DNA of 59,603 nt, from assembly GCA_945949385.1 (NCBI GenBank), contig CAMFEL010000001.1, positions 1 to 59,603 of the forward strand, written 5' to 3'. The DNA is from an uncultured Clostridia bacterium (lineage in GTDB: Bacteria; Bacillota; Clostridia; Oscillospirales; CAG-272). The position numbers and the translations under genes are program-made. Positions 44,642-52,815 of this stretch are shown piece after piece. Numbering within the stretch: position 1 is the first letter of the stretch; every line of letters begins with the position of its first letter. The notes below the pieces were generated by a model, which searched no databases, had not been told where the DNA came from, and saw nothing but the letters and a program-made list of their open reading frames with translations.

Positions 44642-45940
44642 TTAATTATTTTCGGGATAAAGAATTTTCTTAACGCCCGCCGGAGGGATTTTGTACTCCG
44701 AAGCAAGCATTGCCGCTCCCAGAGATGCGGTTTCCGCAGTGTCCAGCACCTCTACGGGGATATTTGCAACCCTTGCAAGAATACGGCACCATATATCGCT
44801 TTTCGCGCCGCCGCCGAACACCTTCAGCCTGTCGGCACCGCCGAGACTCTCAACAGCCTTTGCAATATCCCTTGACACGCCCTCGTACAGAGCGTACACA
44901 ATGTCCGCCGAAGTAGTGGAAAGAGTCAGACCTCTGATTGCTCCGCCGGAGGACAGATCCGATTCAAACACGACGCCTCCCGCACCCGGAGCGGAATTCT
45001 CGGCAAGTGCGTCCATTTCCTTATAGCTCATGGAGCCGTACAGTGTTCTTGAAAGCCAGCGGAGCGCAGCTCCCGTCGTCATAAGCGCAAGCTCGGATAT
45101 ATACTCGCTGTTGCTGAAACGGAACAGCGAAGCGCCGCCGTCGTTTTCGCAAAGCTTTGATATAGCGGTAGCGGTACCGAAAGAAACGGTGCATACATCT
45201 TTTTCGATGCCCGCGCCAAGCGCCGCAAGCTTCTGATCCTGACCGCCCAAATAGACCGTGCAGCCCTCGTTAATACCGCACACCTTGCAGACCTCGGGGA
45301 GAAGCATTCCGACTTTTTCTCCCATACAGCCTACCTCCGGCAGCTTGCTTTCTTCAATACCGGCAAAATCGAGCAGCTCTTTGCTCCAGCAGCGGTTGTG
45401 AATATCGTAAGCCATTGAACCGCCGGCTACCGTGTAATCGCACATGGCGCGCCCGCAAAGCTTGAAATTAAGAAAATCAAGAGGAAACAGAATTTTGTCT
45501 GCCGCAAAGTATATGTCGGGCTTATGCTCTTTGAGCCACATAAGCTTCGGCAATGAATAATCACTCAGACAGAATTTACCCGTTACACCGTAAATATGCT
45601 TTTCTCCGAAACGCTCCAAAATCCTTGCGCATTGCCTGTCTGCACGCAAGTCAAGCCAGGAAACAGCATTGTCAAGAGTGCGTCCGTTTCTGTCAACGGG
45701 AACAAAAGAAATGCTTTGGGTGCTTACGGAAATACCGCGCACATCGCAAACACCCGACTTTTCCACAACATAGGAAAGACCCTCACAGACAAGCCGCCAC
45801 CATTCGTTGGCGTCCTGCTCCACAAATCCGTCCTTGAAAATAAGCTCATATTCTCTGTTGTACTCGCACAAAACCTCGCCAAAAGCGCCGTACATCACGG
45901 TCTTACAGCCGGTAGTGCCCAAATCTATACCTATATACAT
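44642..45940 (-). CDS. FGGY-family carbohydrate kinase
   Basis: 432 aa with MYIGIDLGTTGCK and VFGGGAKSDIWCRILA signatures. It is the first gene of the operon, with RBS AAGGTGA. Confidence 0.85.
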   Translation of the reverse strand: MYIGIDLGTTGCKTVMYGAFGEVLCEYNREYELIFKDGFVEQDANEWWRLVCEGLSYVVEKSGVCDVRGISVSTQSISFVPVDRNGRTLDNAVSWLDLRADRQCARILERFGEKHIYGVTGKFCLSDYSLPKLMWLKEHKPDIYFAADKILFPLDFLNFKLCGRAMCDYTVAGGSMAYDIHNRCWSKELLDFAGIEESKLPEVGCMGEKVGMLLPEVCKVCGINEGCTVYLGGQDQKLAALGAGIEKDVCTVSFGTATAISKLCENDGGASLFRFSNSEYISELALMTTGAALRWLSRTLYGSMSYKEMDALAENSAPGAGGVVFESDLSSGGAIRGLTLSTTSADIVYALYEGVSRDIAKAVESLGGADRLKVFGGGAKSDIWCRILARVANIPVEVLDTAETASLGAAMLASEYKIPPAGVKKILYPENN

Positions 45941-45971
45941 ATTAAATCACCTTGTATAATTTCTCCAGTAT

Positions 45972-46000
45972 ATTATAAATAAAGAAGCGCTGTTTGTCAA
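45972..46000 (-). promoter_or_regulatory. Consensus sigma-A promoter of the 8-gene operon
   Basis: Minus strand TTGACA (46000-45995)-17 nt-TATAAT (45977-45972), about 30 nt upstream of the kinase ATG. Confidence 0.55.
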
Positions 46001-46024
46001 TAAATTATCACGGCAAACAGCGCT
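45986..46024. terminator. Hairpin terminator downstream of tmcAL, overlapping the operon promoter -35
   Basis: 11-bp perfect stem AGCGCTGTTTG/CAAACAGCGCT with a 17-nt loop. It is T-rich on both flanks. Confidence 0.5.
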
Positions 46025-46063
46025 GTTTTTATTGATTTTTCGTATGTTTACAGCCTTTTCGCG

Positions 46064-47152
46064 TTATTTCTCCACAAAGGGGCGCGCCCTTGCGAAAAAT
46101 GAGCTGTCTTCAATACCGGCACATAAGGTATACAGCCTGTCCGCGGCATCGCTTTCCCTGTACTGCCGCATTGCCGCCTCATCAAGCCTTTGCCTGTCCG
46201 CAGGGTTTGTAAGCACGGGAACACTGCTGCTGCCGCGCAGAAAGGAAAGATACTTTCTGCCCGTACGGTTTGCCGCAAGAATTCTCAAAAAGCCCGGAGG
46301 CTCCCTAAGCGCCCCCGCCGTCACGGCACAGGCTTCAAAAAGCGCACATCGGCGCAGCCTCGCGTTTGTATACTGCTTTGTGGCGGCGGCAGAAAGCCAC
46401 AAAGCGGGATCGTTTACGCTTCTTGCCGCCTTAATAAGCCTTTCTCCCACGCCCCCGCCGCTTTCCGCAAAGTGGCCGCAGGCGGGTACGGTGCGGAAAT
46501 GATAAAACTCAATCTCCGTAAGGCGTGCAAAGCAGACAGGCGCGGCTCCGTACTCATTTCTGATGTCTTCCGACACTCCGTCCTTCGAGAAACGTGCCAG
46601 TATACAGTTTCTTATCTCGCTTGCGCTTTGCGTCTTTATTCGCTTTACGGGATGACACTCAATTGAGGCGCGTCTTACATATTCCGTCGCAAGTATATCG
46701 TTAGGCGAGGAATAAATACTTTCCGGAAAGCTCTCCCCCGACGCTCTCAGAGTCTCTTCCCTGTCAGCCGCGGCTCTGCCGGACTTGTGCTCTCTCCTGT
46801 CCTCAAGAATTTTCGCCGCCCGCTTCAGGGCATCAATATCCGCACATTCACTGCCGAAAAACAGCTCCTGCGCACCTGAAAGCTCCGCAAGACGCACTCC
46901 TGCCTCGGCAAAAAACTCAGCAGAGGCGGAGCAATAAGGAAAAGGAAGCTCGATTACAAGATCAACTCCGCCTTCAAGAGCCGCCCTCGCCCTCGTATAT
47001 TTGTCAAATATTGCGCTCTCACCGCGCTGAACATAGTTTCCGCTCATTACGGCCACAAGCACATCGGCATTCTCTTTTGCCCGTTCAAAAATATAGCGGT
47101 GCCCCTGATGCATGGGGTTCAGCTCACATATTACAGCAGATACTTTAACCAT
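46064..47152 (-). CDS. tmcAL: tRNA(Met) cytidine acetate ligase (TmcAL / YlbM, UPF0348 nucleotidyltransferase)
   Basis: 362 aa with the N-terminal ICELNPMHQGHRYIF HxGH-type motif and the VMSGNYVQRGE block. Confidence 0.75.
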   Translation of the reverse strand: MVKVSAVICELNPMHQGHRYIFERAKENADVLVAVMSGNYVQRGESAIFDKYTRARAALEGGVDLVIELPFPYCSASAEFFAEAGVRLAELSGAQELFFGSECADIDALKRAAKILEDRREHKSGRAAADREETLRASGESFPESIYSSPNDILATEYVRRASIECHPVKRIKTQSASEIRNCILARFSKDGVSEDIRNEYGAAPVCFARLTEIEFYHFRTVPACGHFAESGGGVGERLIKAARSVNDPALWLSAAATKQYTNARLRRCALFEACAVTAGALREPPGFLRILAANRTGRKYLSFLRGSSSVPVLTNPADRQRLDEAAMRQYRESDAADRLYTLCAGIEDSSFFARARPFVEK

Positions 47153-47178
47153 TATTTCAAATTATTCCCCGAAAAGTC

Positions 47179-47207
47179 TTGTAAAAATGTAAACATTATT
47201 GTATAAT
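47179..47207 (+). promoter_or_regulatory. Candidate sigma-A promoter of ackA
   Basis: TTGTAA-17 nt-TATAAT, about 75 nt upstream of ackA. Confidence 0.45.
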
Positions 47208-47281
47208 TATATCGTTTAAGCACTATTTTACATTAGTAACTGTTTTTTGTCAATTATTTTAATTCTGAAAGGAATATTGAA

Positions 47282-48490
47282 ATGAAAGTACTCGTAGTAA
47301 ACGCCGGAAGCTCCTCTCTTAAATATCAGCTTTTCGACACCGTAAGCGGAAGCGTTCTCGCAAAGGGAATTTGCGAGCGCATCGGTATTGACGGACGCAT
47401 TGAGCACAAGCTGCCATCCGGAGAGAAGCTGAAAAAGGACATCCCCATGCCCGACCACGCAGTCGCAACAGAGATCGTGCTGTCCTACCTTACCGATCCC
47501 GAAACCGGTTGTATCAAGGATGTCAGCGAGATCGAAGCAATCGGACACCGCATTGTCCACGGCGGCACTTATTTCACGGAGTCCGCTCTCGTTACCCCCG
47601 AGGTGATCGAAAAACTGCGCCTCTGCGTTGACCTTGCTCCTCTGCACACCCCCGCGCATATTATGGGTATCGAGGGCTGCACCGCCGCTATGCCCGGCGT
47701 TCCTCAGGTAATCGTAATCGACACCGCATTCCATCAGACCATGCCTCCCCAGGCATATACCTACGCCCTGCCTTACGAGATGTGTCAGAAGTACAGCATC
47801 CGCCGTTTCGGAGCTCACGGTACAAGCCACCGCTATGTTTCCGCCGAAATGTGCAAGATTCTCGGCAGAGTCGAGGGTACTAAAATCGTTACCTGCCATA
47901 TAGGAAACGGCTCCTCCATTTCCGCCGTAAAGGACGGCAAATGTATTGACACCTCCATGGGTATGACACCCCTTGCAGGCGTTATGATGGGTACCCGCTG
48001 CGGCGATATTGACCCCGCCGTGGTAACTTATGTTATGAAAAAGACCGGCAAGACTCCCGACGAAATGAGCGACTTCATGAATAAGGAATGCGGTTTCCTC
48101 GGTCTGTCCGGTATTTCCTCCGACAGCCGCGACATCGAAGCTGCAATTCTCAAGGGCGACGAGAGGGCGTACCTCACCGCTTCCACCCTTGCTTATCAGG
48201 TCAAAAAGTATATCGGTTCATATGCGGCAGCAATGAACGGACTTGACGCAGTTGTGTTTACCGCAGGCATGGGAGAAAACAACCCCGAGCTCAGAGAGAG
48301 AGCCTGCACGGATATGGAATATCTGGGCATAAAGATCGACCGCGAGGTAAACGCAAAGGCTCATCATCAGTCCAATACCGTTGAGCTTTCCACTCCCGAT
48401 TCCAAGGTAAAGGTATACCTTATCCCCACCAACGAGGAGCTTGTGATCGCCAGCGATACCGAGCGTATCGTTTCCGAAATGAAAAAGTAA
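47282..48490 (+). CDS. ackA: Acetate kinase
   Basis: 402 aa with MKVLVVNAGSSSLKYQLF, HRIVHGG and FTAGMGENN. Confidence 0.95.
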   Translation: MKVLVVNAGSSSLKYQLFDTVSGSVLAKGICERIGIDGRIEHKLPSGEKLKKDIPMPDHAVATEIVLSYLTDPETGCIKDVSEIEAIGHRIVHGGTYFTESALVTPEVIEKLRLCVDLAPLHTPAHIMGIEGCTAAMPGVPQVIVIDTAFHQTMPPQAYTYALPYEMCQKYSIRRFGAHGTSHRYVSAEMCKILGRVEGTKIVTCHIGNGSSISAVKDGKCIDTSMGMTPLAGVMMGTRCGDIDPAVVTYVMKKTGKTPDEMSDFMNKECGFLGLSGISSDSRDIEAAILKGDERAYLTASTLAYQVKKYIGSYAAAMNGLDAVVFTAGMGENNPELRERACTDMEYLGIKIDREVNAKAHHQSNTVELSTPDSKVKVYLIPTNEELVIASDTERIVSEMKK

Positions 48491-48522
48491 TCAAGAAATT
48501 ATACAACCGAAAAGGAGCAGAA

Positions 48523-49380
48523 ATGAAGAAGCAGTTTCCCCGTACCGAGGTTGGCGGCATTTCCCTGTCCCGCATGATAATCGGCACAAACTGGATAGCC
48601 GGCTACAGCCACAGGACTCCCAGCGCCGACCGTATGATAAAGGAAAAATTTCACGATTCCGAATCGATTGGGCCAATGCTTGACACCTTTCTTGAGTCGG
48701 GAGTCGACACCATAATGGCTCCTTTCGGTATGAATCCCCATATCTGCGACGCCGTGAAAACCGCGGAGGACAGAAACGGACGCGGTATGATAATGGTGGA
48801 CACACCGGTCATAAATGTGGACGATTCTCCCGAAGCGCGGCGCGAGGCGCAGAACACTATAAAAGCAAGCGCAGCTCTCGGTGCCAAGATCTGCCTTATA
48901 CACCATTACAGCGCAGAACAGCTAGTCAATAAGAACAGGCGAGAGATCGTGCGCCTTGACGACTACACAAAAATGATCCGCGACGCGGGGATGATCCCCG
49001 GGCTCAGCGCCCATATGCCTGAGCTTGTCATATATTCCGACGACAACGACTACGATGTTGAGACCTATATTCAGATCTACAACTGCGCGGGCTTTCTGAT
49101 GCAGGTAGAAGCAGAAGCCGTCAACTCCGTAATAAGAAACGCCAAAAAGCCGGTCATGACAATAAAATCCATGGCGGCAGGCAGAGTCACGCCCTTTGTG
49201 GGGCTGAACTTTTCATGGGCAACGCTTCGTGATTGCGATATGGTCACCGTGGGATGCTTCAGCGAGAGAGAAGCCGCGGAGGATATTGAAATATCAATGG
49301 CGGCGCTGGAGCGGCGTTTGCCGGAGATTTCCGGCAGAGCAAGCCCCGCCAAACAGCAGGCGGTGCTGGGCGGCAAATAA
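48523..49380 (+). CDS. Hypothetical 285-aa protein, distantly AKR/TIM-barrel-like, apparently co-transcribed with ackA
   Basis: 32-nt gap after ackA, RBS AAAAGGAG, and a terminator only after this gene. The N-terminal GISLSRMIIGTNW...ESGVDTIMAPFG echoes the AKR layout, but Phe occupies the position of the catalytic Tyr. Confidence 0.5.
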   Translation: MKKQFPRTEVGGISLSRMIIGTNWIAGYSHRTPSADRMIKEKFHDSESIGPMLDTFLESGVDTIMAPFGMNPHICDAVKTAEDRNGRGMIMVDTPVINVDDSPEARREAQNTIKASAALGAKICLIHHYSAEQLVNKNRREIVRLDDYTKMIRDAGMIPGLSAHMPELVIYSDDNDYDVETYIQIYNCAGFLMQVEAEAVNSVIRNAKKPVMTIKSMAAGRVTPFVGLNFSWATLRDCDMVTVGCFSEREAAEDIEISMAALERRLPEISGRASPAKQQAVLGGK

Positions 49381-49385
49381 AACCG

Positions 49386-49414
49386 AAAAAGGAATCCCGA
49401 CGGGATTCCTTTTT
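49386..49414. terminator. Bidirectional terminator
   Basis: AAAAA-GGAATCC-cgacg-GGATTCC-TTTTT. Confidence 0.7.
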
Positions 49415-49431
49415 ATGTGTTATGTAATAAA

Positions 49432-50067
49432 TCAGTTACTGCCGAGCTGAAGCCGTCTGACTTCTTCAAAAACAGCGCGGCGGCTCTTAACTTTAACAAA
49501 GTTGATGATGATAAATATAAGCGCGATCGTATTAAAGAAAGCACCGAATACGATCATTCCCACGCTGCCGCAGCGGGTAACCGCCTCACCGCAGTCCTTG
49601 TAAAGGCTGTCGATATAGCGCTGCGTCTTACCGATCATAATAAGGTCAATAACAGCAACGGGAGCAAACAGAAAGCCGTATATGAGCAATACAACACCGC
49701 CGGAAACAGCTCCGATAGCATAAATATCAGCAGAATCTGCAGAACTCAACTGATAATCGCAACGGTAATGCACGTTATTTACGGCACTGCCGATACCGCT
49801 TACCGTCATAACTATACCGATAAAAATAAGCAGCGCACACGTAACGGTAAGCACAATTCCGCACACCTTCCACGCAGTTTTTTCATGGCGGAGGTGGTTG
49901 TAAAGTGAGCGCATACATTCATCCTGAAGTGCAGGATCGCGTGGATCGTTCTGCGCACCTGTCGGAGTGCTCTGAACATATGTCGCTTTGTCATCAGTGG
50001 GATTTCCGCAACTCGGGCAGAATTTTACTCCGTCTTCAACGGGGCTGCCGCATTTTTGGCAAAACAT
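49432..50067 (-). CDS. Zinc-ribbon-domain membrane protein
   Basis: MFCQKCGSPVEDGVKFCPSCGNP zinc ribbon followed by about 4 TM helices. The ATG at 50067 has AGAGGTG upstream. Confidence 0.6.
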   Translation of the reverse strand: MFCQKCGSPVEDGVKFCPSCGNPTDDKATYVQSTPTGAQNDPRDPALQDECMRSLYNHLRHEKTAWKVCGIVLTVTCALLIFIGIVMTVSGIGSAVNNVHYRCDYQLSSADSADIYAIGAVSGGVVLLIYGFLFAPVAVIDLIMIGKTQRYIDSLYKDCGEAVTRCGSVGMIVFGAFFNTIALIFIIINFVKVKSRRAVFEEVRRLQLGSN

Positions 50068-50129
50068 ATAAAACACCTCTTTTACTTTGCTATAATTATA
50101 ATACGCATACAGCTCTGTGTCAAGAACAA

Positions 50130-51878
50130 TTATTTCACACGCATAGCTTCCACCCTATCGCGGTCGACAGGCACATTTGCGGACCAGTTTGTATGGTAGA
50201 TAACATATCCGGGCTTTGACTCCGGCGGCTTTTTTACGTTTTTCACAAGTGTATAATCTATTTCCGCGCTCGGTCTTTCCGCCGCCTTTGAATATACCGC
50301 CGCTATCATACATGCGTCGGTAAAATCCTCGGCAGGCGGCTCTTCAAGTGACGCACATTCCATAATAACATGGCTTCCCGCCATGCCCTTTGCGTGGAAC
50401 CACCAGTCCCGCCTGTCGGCTTTTTTTAAGGTCAGCCAGTCGTTAGCGGTGTTGTTCTTGCCGCAGTACACCGTGTAACCGTTCCTCGTTTTGAAGGTCA
50501 GATATGAGGGACGCGAGCTTTCTTTGGATTTCGGAATTTTCAGCCCCGACGCATATCCCGCCCGGGCAAGCTCTGCTCTGATTTCCGCAAGCTCTTTTTC
50601 CGTTTCCGCCCGCACCAGCGCGTCCTGAACACTTGCAATATATTCGATCTCCCGTTCCGATAACACTATCTGCTCGGAAAGATGAGAGCGCGCAGACTTT
50701 GCCTTCGCGTATTTTTTGTAGTATCTCTGGGCATTCTGCGCGGGAGTAAGCCGCGTGTCAAGAGGAATTTCAACCTCCTCCCCCGTTGCATAATCCATAA
50801 GAACGGCGGCATTTGCACCCTTGCGCAGCCTGTAAATATTGACAGTAATAAGGTCTCCCCAAAGCTTGTACTTTTCTCCCTCGTCGCACTCCTCAAGCTC
50901 CCTGCGGCGCACATCAAGCTTTCTCAGCGCCCTTGCATGGGCGGCAGAGACGAGATGCGTTATATCGGAAGCCTTCTGACTAAGTTTTTCTTCTCTTGCC
51001 TTATCCGCAAAATAAGTGTCCAGAAGCTCACCGAAGGTATCAAAAGTCCTGACAGTAAACCCCGAGCCGTACTGCTTCGGGGGAATAAAGCAGTATTCCC
51101 TCGCCGCTCCGCTAGCGTCAATTACCATTGAAGGCGTACCGTCACGGTTTACAATACAGCGTATCAGGTTAAAAAACACATCGCAAAGACGGGGGGCACA
51201 CTGGGAAAGCGTTGCAGAGGCGGCACCGCCGCTTTCAAAAGCGATCTCGCGGGCAACAAGGGGAGAAATGCCGGAAAAAGTTGACATAATAAACTTTTCA
51301 CACAGCCTGTCAGGGTCGGCATCGGCGCAAAGACTGTTAAACTGTTCCCTGTCAACAAAAAGAGGGTCGGTCTTGTCCTGCTTCGGCGGCTCCTCATAAA
51401 TTATGCCGGGCAGAAGAATACGCTTTCCGCTTTGAGACATCTCCGACTGCCGCAGAAGATTTATGATTTTCAGTGACTCATCGCAGAGAATAATATTTGA
51501 ATACTTTCCCATCATCTCAACGATTATGTGTTTCTTGCATCGGTACCCCAGATCGTCTCCCGCGTCAAAATCAAGTCTTACAGCCCGTTCAAATCCGAGC
51601 TGAACTCCGCCCTCAAAGGTCGCGCCCTGCAAATATTTACGAAACATCATACAAAGCATGGGCGCCTTTGCCGGGTTTTCTGCTTTTTCACCGGTAAGAC
51701 TAATTCGGGGACAGCGCGAACCTGCATTTATGAGCATACGGTGGGTCTCACCGGCACGGCGTATGACAAATATAAACTCGTCCCGCGCAGGCTGATATAT
51801 TTTTTCGACCTTGCCGCCGGCGGCGCGGTCATTTATTTCACCCGTAACAAAGGATAGCATTCCGGCATCAAAAGCCAC
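50130..51878 (-). CDS. rqcH: NFACT-family ribosome quality-control protein RqcH (FbpA-like)
   Basis: 582 aa with the N-terminal MAFDAGML...KIYQPARDEFIF block, a coiled-coil middle and a C-terminal NFACT-R domain (WWFHAKGMAGSHVI). GTG start with AAGGTGA RBS. Confidence 0.85.
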   Translation of the reverse strand: MAFDAGMLSFVTGEINDRAAGGKVEKIYQPARDEFIFVIRRAGETHRMLINAGSRCPRISLTGEKAENPAKAPMLCMMFRKYLQGATFEGGVQLGFERAVRLDFDAGDDLGYRCKKHIIVEMMGKYSNIILCDESLKIINLLRQSEMSQSGKRILLPGIIYEEPPKQDKTDPLFVDREQFNSLCADADPDRLCEKFIMSTFSGISPLVAREIAFESGGAASATLSQCAPRLCDVFFNLIRCIVNRDGTPSMVIDASGAAREYCFIPPKQYGSGFTVRTFDTFGELLDTYFADKAREEKLSQKASDITHLVSAAHARALRKLDVRRRELEECDEGEKYKLWGDLITVNIYRLRKGANAAVLMDYATGEEVEIPLDTRLTPAQNAQRYYKKYAKAKSARSHLSEQIVLSEREIEYIASVQDALVRAETEKELAEIRAELARAGYASGLKIPKSKESSRPSYLTFKTRNGYTVYCGKNNTANDWLTLKKADRRDWWFHAKGMAGSHVIMECASLEEPPAEDFTDACMIAAVYSKAAERPSAEIDYTLVKNVKKPPESKPGYVIYHTNWSANVPVDRDRVEAMRVK

Positions 51879-51940
51879 AGTTTTTCACCTTCAGTCAAAT
51901 ATTAAGTCAAATGCAGAATATCGCAAATTTCAGCATATGC

Positions 51941-52636
51941 CTATTTAAGCCCGCACACATATGAATATCGCGTGCCCGCAAGCTCAAATCCGCATTTTAA
52001 GGCAAGCGCGGAAGAAGCGGTGTTTTCGGCAGAGCATTTATACAGCACTTTTTTACCGTTGCCGATAATAAACTCACAAAGCGCCGTTACAACTGCCGAA
52101 CCGTATCCGTGTTCTCTCGCCTCCGGCGCTGTTTCCACGCTTATTTCAAGGGAATTTTCGCCGCAATCTATATCGTTAATGCCCGCATACGACAAAATTT
52201 TCCCGTTATTTACCACCGCGAATATAACATCATTCTCGCCGGTCAGTTCAATTTCACACCCCGTATCGGCACATAATCTGTCAAGCTCGCTCTGCGAATC
52301 TATTTTTATGCAATCGCCGCAAATAAGCTTTTTATTCAATTGCCTTATATCGGAAATTTCGTATTCAAGCATTACGGAGTTTTCATGCTCAAAATGCTCA
52401 TATCCCATATTTTCTGCAATTGTCTTATATTCGCTCTCTATATAACTGCGCGCCTTCTCTCCCAGCAAATCGTCTCCGCACGAGTCAATAAGCGCCTGTA
52501 CCCTGTCGGCAAGAAAGGAATATGTTGTGATCTGCATTTCTCCCGAAACGGGTATATATATTTCCAGCGGCACCGCAACACAGCTTTGCCTTGCCAGCAC
52601 AGCCGCTTCAAGTTCTTTGTCTTCAAAGCGCAGCAT
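51941..52636 (-). CDS. GNAT-family N-acetyltransferase with an uncharacterised N-terminal half
   Basis: The C-terminal EAREHGYGSAVVTAL...SAENTASSALALKCGF is an acetyl-CoA-binding GNAT pattern. Confidence 0.6.
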   Translation of the reverse strand: MLRFEDKELEAAVLARQSCVAVPLEIYIPVSGEMQITTYSFLADRVQALIDSCGDDLLGEKARSYIESEYKTIAENMGYEHFEHENSVMLEYEISDIRQLNKKLICGDCIKIDSQSELDRLCADTGCEIELTGENDVIFAVVNNGKILSYAGINDIDCGENSLEISVETAPEAREHGYGSAVVTALCEFIIGNGKKVLYKCSAENTASSALALKCGFELAGTRYSYVCGLK

Positions 52637-52815
52637 ACGCCGTCCTCCTGCAGTTTGTTTCTAAAATCATAACATAAAAGAGCCTGCATTTCAACAAATA
52701 CCCTGCAAAATTTTATTTATATCAGTTAAAAAACTGTTAAAATACTGGATTTTCGGCGCCGTATATGGTATACTTATTCAGATAATTTCATTTGTACATA
52801 AAGAAAGGACTTAAA

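Noticed and set aside
37613-46063. Treating the 8-gene operon as a recent mobile genomic island
   Set aside because: I found no integrase, transposase, flanking direct repeats or tRNA target. By eye, codon usage and GC resemble the surrounding core genes. I therefore report it only as a synteny break.
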